This document shows, piece after piece, positions 55,344 to 64,000 of a DNA stretch of 64,000 bases. Both the position numbers and the translations under genes were made by a program. Source of the DNA: Octopus sinensis. Lineage: Eukaryota. Location of the stretch: contig NC_043011.1 of assembly GCF_006345805.1 (NCBI RefSeq), positions 29,090,464 to 29,154,463 on the forward strand. Reading direction: 5' to 3'. The notes beneath the pieces were generated by a model. It searched no databases and was not told the DNA's origin. It saw only the letters and a list, made by a program, of their open reading frames with translations. The stretch's first letter is position 1. Every line of letters starts with the position of its first letter.

Positions 55344-56516
55344 CTACAAAACGAGACAACGAAAAAGTCATTACAAGGTCGCTAGACAAGCTAGATATAA
55401 CAACCAAATCTTCCTTACAATATACACAATGATTTTTTTCATTTTAGAAAAATAAAGACATTTGGTAATATAATTTTAGACACAGATAAAAAGGTATTGT
55501 CAAGTATGGAATATGTTTCATCATAGTTCTGATTGACTTGATAGGTCAATAACTATCAGAAAATTGATGAAAGCATAGAGAAAAAGAGAAATGATAAGGG
55601 TAGAGATGGCAACAGAAGGGTGGGTTGGGGTGGGGGTAGAAAGCGGAGTTAGAAAGGGATTTTGATATGCCATGTTATAATTCATAATTTAAACCAATGG
55701 GTCTTAACACCGATTTAAACTGAATCAGTGAAGCTAATAGGCAGAGCAGCATGGTGCAGTGGACGTGTACTGAGCCCATAACTTATAGGTTACTAGCTTA
55801 AAAGCCACACTCCGGTTGGACATTTAAACTAACCACCGTAGAGGGCTAATTGGGCCTGCGGCTCAAAACTAAAGAGAGCTAAATAACATGATTATAATAC
55901 ATCTTAGCGGCATTTCGTCTGCCGGTGGATTTTGATTTCGAATTCTGCCAAGGTTGACTTTGCCTTTCATCCTTTCAGGGTCAATTAAATAAGTACCAGT
56001 TATGTACTGGAGTTGATGTAATCGACTTAAACCCTTTGTCTGTCCTTGTTTGTCCCCTCTATGTTTAGGCCCCTGTGGGCAATAAAGGAATAATAATACA
56101 TCTATAATGACTATATGCCATGGTGGTGTTTGATCAGAGGTTAAGGATGGACGAGAATTAATTTTGTAATGCAGTCATTCTATTGTTCCAGTCCCAAGTT
56201 GAATTCCAACTGTTGACTGATTCATCCCAAAGTTCTTATCTCAACATATAATTTACGAAGAAAATGTCATTTATATGCCCCTTGATCTCTGATGTCATCT
56301 GAATCAGCCAAGCTTTACCTGCTAGAAATAGCAACACAAATGCTTTTAAATCAGATTCCAATTCTGTATGTTCAAGAACCAAATGAAGGATAGATTTTCA
56401 ATCCCGGGATCATCCTGATTCCATAAAGGCATAATATGTCTATGAAGAGCAAATGAAGCTGAGTCACTTATGTTTACGTAATGTTTGTGCATGTATTATG
56501 TGTTTGTGTACATGTA

Positions 56517-57082
56517 TTGGGTTGTCCGGAAAGTTTGTGCCGATTTATAGTAGCTTACCTTTCGACTTATTTTAGAACATGGTTGAGTCCATAAAACAGG
56601 ATTTGACTACACCTCCATTTAGAGCACAGTTTAAGCTGTCTTTTCGTGGAAGAAGATTTATGTTCCTATAACCTGTGTTAATTCTGTAACCCTTTAAAAT
56701 GGAAGATAAGAAAGTCCATTTTCAGCACTTGATACTTTGGGAACCAGACAAAAATTGCTGCAGCTCGGTTGGGATGTGTTACCCCACCCTCCATATTCAC
56801 CAGATATTGCTCCTTCAGATTTCCACTTATTCAGGTCTCTGCAGAATAGTCTTAATGATAAAAATTTCAATTCCTTGGATGACGTAAAAAGATACCTTGA
56901 TGAATTCTTTGCCATGAAACCACCTCAGTTCTGGGAAGAGGGTATTTTCAAGTTAAAGGAAAGATGGAGACGCATTGTGCAACAAAATGGTTCATATTTG
57001 GTTGATTAAAAATGTAATGGCAAATATTTATTGACCTTTTTCTTTCCTTTAAAAATTGGCACAAACTTTCCGGACAGCCCAA
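56517..57082 (+). mobile_element. Internally deleted mariner, intact TIRs, TA target duplication
   Basis: TA|TTGGGTTGTCCGGAAAGTTTGTGCC...GGCACAAACTTTCCGGACAGCCCAA|TA; MEDKKVHF start fused to QKLLQLGWDVLPHPPYSPD. Confidence 0.93.
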
Positions 57083-57526
57083 TATATTTTTGTAAGTACT
57101 ATGTTTATGCATTTTTGTGCATATATGTGTTTATGTGTGTATGTATATCTGTGTGTATAAGTGTAAGTATGTATTTATGTGCATGTATGTATATTTGTGT
57201 ATGTATGTTTATACACACATACATATACAATACTTACACAAATCTATATATATACACACAAACACTTAATACATACACAAAATATACATAAACATAAGTA
57301 ATTCAGCTTTTTTTTTATTCTTTTATTTGTTTCAGTCATTTGACTGCGGCCATGTTGGGGCACCGCCTTTAGTTGAGCAAATCGACCTCAGGACTTATTC
57401 TTTGTAAGCCTAGCACTTATTCGATCAGTCTCTCTTGCCGAATTGCTAAGTGACGGGGATGTAAACACACCAGCATCGGTTGTCAAGCGATGTTGGGGGG
57501 ACAAAAGCAGACACAGAAATATATAC

Positions 57527-57557
<31 letters not shown>

Positions 57558-60344
57558 CAGTGGGCTCCTTTCAGTTTCCATCTACCAAATCCACTCACAA
57601 GGCTTTGGTCGGCCTGAGGCTAGAGCAGAAGACACTTGCCCAAGGTGTCACACAGTGGGACTGAACCCAGAACTATGTGGTTGGTAAGCAAGCTACTTAC
57701 CACACAGCCACTCCTGTGCTGAAAAGTAAAATTGAAGAAATAATTTTTTTCTTTGCTGCTTATTTTAACCAAAAGATTGCCAATTATTTTACTCATTGCA
57801 TTACTGTGATGAATCCATTTATATAATAATGGTGCTTTTTAGTAATGCAATATCCAGAGGAGATTGATATTTGAACACACAACAGACTGAGAACACATGA
57901 TATTGTCAATATTTTTCTTTCTATTCCTGTCATTTCTCAATCTTTTGTAATACAAATCTCTTAACATTTACACCCATATAAACGCTTCATTTCTTCTGAC
58001 ACAGTATCAAACAATGTTGGATACAGGCAGTGGCTGTATCGTTATTAAACTGAATTTCTAATATTTGTCTCTAACTCAGTAATACCAGAGTAGTTAAGTG
58101 AGAGGAGAATTTGAATTATGTTCTATTATTTCAACTGTATATAGAGTTTATACCTTTTGTAATGGAGAACAAAGGTTAAGTAATCCTGATATCATCCCTA
58201 ACATTTGCAAACACTATTAAAGTTAGTTAGCTCCTTGAATCATACCAACTCAATCGGGCCGGTTTCCTGATTTCATGGTGTACATATTCCCCACCTGGAT
58301 GGGATGCTGGTCCGTCGCAAGGTTACTCATTTTTGCCAGCAATGTGAAATAAAGTGTTTTACTCAAAAACACAAAATGTCGTCCAGTCCAGGAATCAAAA
58401 CCAGTACCTTATGATCAAGAGTCCAATACCCAAAACATTAAGCCATGGGCCTCTACAATTGCAAACACTGTCAATGAAACTATGACTTACCTGAGAAATA
58501 AGGTAACAACAGTAACATTGACAGCTGAATTTACCATTAATTTTGTTTATGTATATAAAATATTACTTCTAAAACAGCTTTTAAAATTTAGTTACCCAAT
58601 ATGTGCAGGTGTGGCTGTATGGTAAGAAGTTAGGTAGGCCTTGTGTCTCAAAACAATCTTTAGGTTCTGTGCACATATTTGGCCTATTTTATAAAAATCT
58701 GCCTAAACTTATGTCTCACTGCAATGAACTATTAATAGCTCTTATGGTAATACAGTAGACACACACATACTAACCCTAAAACCTTAACTGTAACCCTCAC
58801 CCTGAAACCCTAACCCTGACCCTAAAATCCTAACCTTAAAAATCTAACCCTAAAACCCAAACCCTAACCCTAGCCCTAACCCTAAAACTATAAACCTAAA
58901 ACCCTAACCCTAAAACTCTAACCCTAACTCTAACCCTAACCCTAAAGCCCTAATCCTAACCTTAACCCCAAGTAGAAAAATTTTTGGAAATTTTTTTCAG
59001 AATCATAACCTTCATATTTTTCTGCATAATTCGACAAAAAAAATTTTGAGAAATTTTTTTGCAGATTCGTATTCTCTGCAGCCGAAAATGGGGGTTGTGT
59101 AGTAAAAAAAAAAAAAATAAATAAATAAAAAGGAGGTGTTTTTTGGGTGGTGGGTACAAAATTAGATCAGTCATTATGTAACTTTTTCTTGATTTTTATT
59201 TCCTGTGATTATGTTTTTTCTAGATTCAACATTATCACATAATGTAATTTGCATTTTTGAAATGTAACATATTTTTTCCCAACTTAGAAACAAGGTTTGG
59301 TCGATTTGATGCCATTTAACAAGAGCCATGAAGATTTCTCACAGCTTACCCTCAACTGTCCTAGACTACCTATTCTTTGGTCATCCATCTTTCATTTTAC
59401 AGTTAGTATCCATCTTAATGTTTATTTTGGTATCTTGTCCAGATTCCTTCTGAGCGAGTACCTCAGCCATTTAACCGGCCAGCGGCTTATTTCAAGGAGC
59501 ACGTTAATGCAACCACTTTCGCTATACAGTTTCTCGTTTAAGACTTTGTTTGGTCAAACAAGAACAGACAAAGAGATTAAGTCGATTGCATCGACCTCAG
59601 TGCATAACTGGTACTTAATTTATCGACCCCGGAAGGATGAAAGGTAAAGTTGACCTCGGAGGAATTTGAACTCAGAACGTAACAGAAGACGAAATATCAC
59701 TAACATTTCTGCCAGCTCGCCGCCTTGCGGTTACTCATTGAGGCTACTCATGTTTACTTTTAGCATTCATCTGCATTTTGAACCATACATTACGACAGAT
59801 TTTACTTGTTTGTTACATTGTCCAATCTTAGTCCTAATACTATGTTACACTGACTTCCTGATCGACTGAAGCCTTACAAATGCCCAACAAACTTTGACAA
59901 GCCGCAATCTCATGGCCTGTTTCGTCTCGTTCACTGCACTTCAGTTGTTCAAAATATTTAAAGTCGTTCTTATAGTATAGTGGTTTACCGTTTGAGTGAT
60001 CAGTGTAAGGTAGCTGGAGTGAGATATGATTTTAAGATTTGCCTGTTTTGCATAATTGCTCTATGTTGGTGAAAGCCTCTAAAAAGCAATTACAAATACA
60101 AAGTCCTCTTGTGCCCAGAACTAAGGTACAAATAGGCTCTCTTTTACTCTTTTACTTGTTTCAGTCATTTGACTGTGGCCATGCTGGAGCACCGCCCTTA
60201 GTTGAGCAAATCGACTCCAAGACTTATTCTTTGTAAGCCTAGTACTTATTCTATCGGTTTTTGCTGAACCACTAAGTTATGGAGATGTAAACACACCAGC
60301 ATTGGTTGTCAAGCGATGTTGGCGGGACAAACACAGACACAAAA

Positions 60345-60377
<33 letters not shown>

Positions 60378-60652
60378 CAACAGGATAGGAACCAAAAGAA
60401 GGAACCAAAAAGGATCAAAAAGCAAGCAAAAAATTATCTGTGGAAGAAAAGCAAAAAGTAACTCACAGTTTTAATTTTAATTGTAACTGAGTAACTAAAG
60501 GAAAAATAACACTGTGTAACAAAATATTTACTTTTTTTCTTTAGTAAGTTATTTTCTATTTGACACCAATGTTTTGAAACTGACCTATTTTCCATTACAT
60601 TTCAGACAGATCCAGTGCTGAATTGCTGAAGCAGAAATGTAATTATACCTAA

Positions 60653-61036
60653 CTAGCAGTATCGCCCGGCGTTGCTCGGGTTTGTAAGGGAAATAACTAT
60701 ATAAGCATTTTTAGAGAGTTATAGTCAAAAGATAGCAAAAAAATGCATTAAAAATGGAAAAAAAATGATAGTAAATTTTTTTTAAATCGTTGACATTTTT
60801 AGAGAGTTACTTCCCATATATAATAGCGAAAAATGCATTAAAAAAGAAAACAATGATGGTAAATTTTTTTTAAATCTTAGACTCATCGTAGACGCGTGCT
60901 AATACCCAGAAGTGCTCGATATGAAACACGACTATAAGATACCCGGTTTTGGTTAAACTGCACCGCAAAATGTGGGAGTAGTTAGGAATCTAAATCGTAG
61001 GAGACAGACACACAACTTGACTTTTATATATAAAGA
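60653..61036 (-). mobile_element. Non-autonomous Helitron
   Basis: Same termini as 45080-45468. Confidence 0.82.
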
Positions 61037-61590
61037 TATTCTGCTGAATACTACAGATTTGCTTGTCAGTTGATTGACCTTAATCGCTTGAGCACGTCCC
61101 TTAGGGGCTGACAATAGGTGCATCTCTGATCACGAGCAGGAGTTGTGGGGTAGCATCATAGCCATGTGTTGAGACGAATTTTTGGCGGCTTTAATAAATG
61201 TAATAAAAGCAAAGTTTAGAGGAAATATTTGCTATTTTTCATACTTTCTAGGGGTTAAGTAAATAGGAAATTACAGTTGATACCTAAGGACAAAAATTGT
61301 GTGACACTGTAATCATTAAAAAAATTCAAGAAGTTTCGTGAGCAGTTAAAAAGAAGTAATATAAAAAAAAATATCTTGTGTTTTAGGAGAATAATTACAC
61401 CAATAATAATAAAGACACAAGATTTGTTTCAGTACACGAATTCGCATCAAGAATCTTGCAACCCAGGTAGAGAAACGAAGTAATTCAGATATTTACGATT
61501 TTTATCTTCCTTGAATCATTTAAAGTCTAAGGGAGATAACCTCAAGCATTCTGGAGTTTTGCTGAGTCGCCAAGTTACGAGGTAAATAAA

Positions 61591-61653
<63 letters not shown>

Positions 61654-62781
61654 ACACACAGAGACACACACACACACACACACAACTCAATTGAAGAATT
61701 AGACTTTACTTTTATATTTTCACTAATGAACTGGAATACTTGATTCGAATTTCATCAAAACTGGAGATTAAGAATTTTAATGAGGGTTCTTTCCTGGTTT
61801 ACACATCCTAACAAAAATTCTAATCATGACATATTTATCCCATATTACTCATCTTTATGTCCAGATTCCAAAATCCAAATCTTATAAAACCCATTCAAAG
61901 GTTTTTGCCCCTGAAAAATGGAGCACATGGAGCACATGAAGCTCTAAAATGTGTGAGTTAAGGCCTCTATTAAGGGGTCCTTAAAGTCAACTAGAGAAGT
62001 TGAATTGTTGAGAATCTTTTAAAACTTGTGTTTATATCTATTGCTCAAATTTCTTTGAAATCGGAAATATATGAATGTTCACTGGGTTTGTGAAAGAGCA
62101 AAGCTACGGGAAACCAAAAGACGAATGATCCCCATAAGCAGTCAGCTACCCTACCCTAGTCGTTACCACTCCCCAATGTAGGATTCCTCACCGTATAGGT
62201 GACCGGCGCAGCCATAAGATGCATTACAGATCTATAGTAATTGGAAGGGCGTGACCCAACTCAAACTAAACATTAACAACTGTGTGATGTGAGGGCTAAG
62301 GGGAAATGAAAGTGTCACCTGTGGGTTTTGCCAATGATCACTATGTCGATAGGTAACTGAACGGAATAAATTGCAGTCTATAAATCTCTATGAATGACCA
62401 ATCACTTATCTGGAAAGCCTTTGAAAACAATGTTACTATCTGAGGACTATCTCTGACTCAGTGATAAAAAAAAAAAAACTCAAAGGAGGCTTGCAACCAA
62501 ATAACTTTACTCAAAATAACACTTTGCAACTGAATCAGTGGAGGCAAAGATGCCTCCCCTTTACTTGACAATTTATGCACCACATTGCAGAAATCACAAT
62601 CTAAGTATATCTCAAAGCAAACTCTCTCACTGTTGTACTATTGAATTACAAATAACACTCATCTTGTATCCTCGGGTTACTCTACAGCTTCGAAGAGTGC
62701 AATTGTATTAATCTTATCTTAGGAAAAAACGACTAAATTTTTGGGGTTAAACCCTCACTAAGGGGTCTTACTGACTTCTAA

Positions 62782-63350
62782 ACATGAGACAATGGCCCTA
62801 GCCCGAGAGATAACCTCTCCCATTGACATAGAGTGAATGTTCGGCAGCTTTTGCAGCTCGACCGACACATGGCCAGGAAATCCAGTCACAAAGGCTAATT
62901 TTACGGATTGTTTTAACGTGCCATCTCTATATCTCACGAGTATAGGCAATCTCCTGATTTCGTTGGCAAACACATCGACCTGTTCGCCCCTCCACTTTGT
63001 TTTCCCCAGTCGACCATATGCCATAAATGGTCCTTCTGTGAAAACCTCCATCAGCCGGCCTTCTATTTTTTCTGCGCTCAACTGGCCCTTCTCTTCCATT
63101 TTCAGGTGTAGCGCCAACGCCTATCCATCGTGGTACAACGGTATAAAACTCGCTAGATCATCTGTATCTTGGAGTCTTGCCACCAACTTAATATTTTGCA
63201 GTCAAGCGGTAATATCTCCCCCACACAAAATGGCCTAAACGTCTCATTCGAAACACGGACCAAACCAATCACTTTTTTTTTCTCCTTTGAGCCGAAATAG
63301 CTTGTGTTGTAAAGGAAGAAAAAAGTCAGAAGCGAAAAGAGAATTACCGT
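62782..63350 (-). mobile_element. Second, truncated copy of the Gypsy gag remnant
   Basis: ORF 62758-63117 is nearly identical to ORF 51547-52065. Confidence 0.82.
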
Positions 63351-64000
63351 AGTCTTACCTGTCGGTCCGGAGAAAGGGTCACTTTCAACATCCTCGTCTT
63401 GTCACGATCTCCAATGTTCACTCCACGTCCTTGTGTGCTATCCGTTACTCTACCATCTCACACGTCCACTCTGATGTGCTGTTCGCCGTCGACTGACTCT
63501 CGTGCTTCACTGAATGCCGCATATCCACCACGGAACTTCCAGTGGTTTCCACAGACCTCACTTCCGACAGGGCATGCCTACTCCCTCACCTCCGATCCTT
63601 CCCTACAACACAGCAAGGCTCATAACACCACATTATTGTTGCTTATATCCCACCAATAGACCGCGCGTGTTTAATGAGAGAAAAATATTGAAAAAGACAT
63701 AAATAACTGTGAGAGTGTAAACGAGGATGGTGGTCTTGGGATATGCTAAAAACAACAGCCAAATCTCACTTAAATCGCAGACCTTTTCCTCTGAAAATAC
63801 TTATCTTGTATATTTATAATAAAAAAATGGGACAAGAACGCAAAACATCCAGTTAAGTGATACAAAAAAAGGGACAACAAAACATCCAGAGTCTTCTTTC
63901 CTCAGTCGAGTTCCAGATTATGTTTGCAATTTCGGCTGGATATACTCGAGATTGCTCCAATCTGGCCAGCCCCAAGGAAAAACGAAGCTAAGAGGACTAG

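Noticed and set aside
58771-58970. Possible true telomere or chromosome fusion scar
   Set aside because: The array is degenerate and flanked by the same element sequence as the copies at 42739 and 50212.

Overview
AT-rich, microsatellite- and SINE-dense animal genomic DNA. The repeat complement (OK/OR-type tRNA-derived SINEs) points to an octopod cephalopod; this is an inference. Left half (1413-33012, minus strand): 23 coding exons, about 960 codons, of the ULK4 pseudokinase gene, which continues beyond the left edge. It has one GC-AG intron and two apparent 1-nt frameshifts. Two of its introns carry ~110-bp-arm foldback hairpins containing minimal type I hammerhead ribozyme motifs of the Penelope-like-element kind, one with a G3-C8 swapped catalytic core. 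Right half: no supportable host protein gene. It holds a cluster of four full-length 164-nt U1 snRNA genes (minus strand). These keep the 5' splice-site arm, the U1A loop and the cloverleaf through compensatory changes. They also have a non-canonical Sm site (UAUUUCUAA), an altered U1-70K loop, and a shared promoter with an octamer and a TATA-like box close to the start. A segmental duplication running off the right edge predicts a fifth copy. Other elements: non-autonomous Helitrons, deleted mariners, a Merlin-like MITE, a foldback family with telomere-like cores, and Gypsy, Tx1, CR1 and RTE remnants. All coordinates were read by eye and may be off by a few bases.
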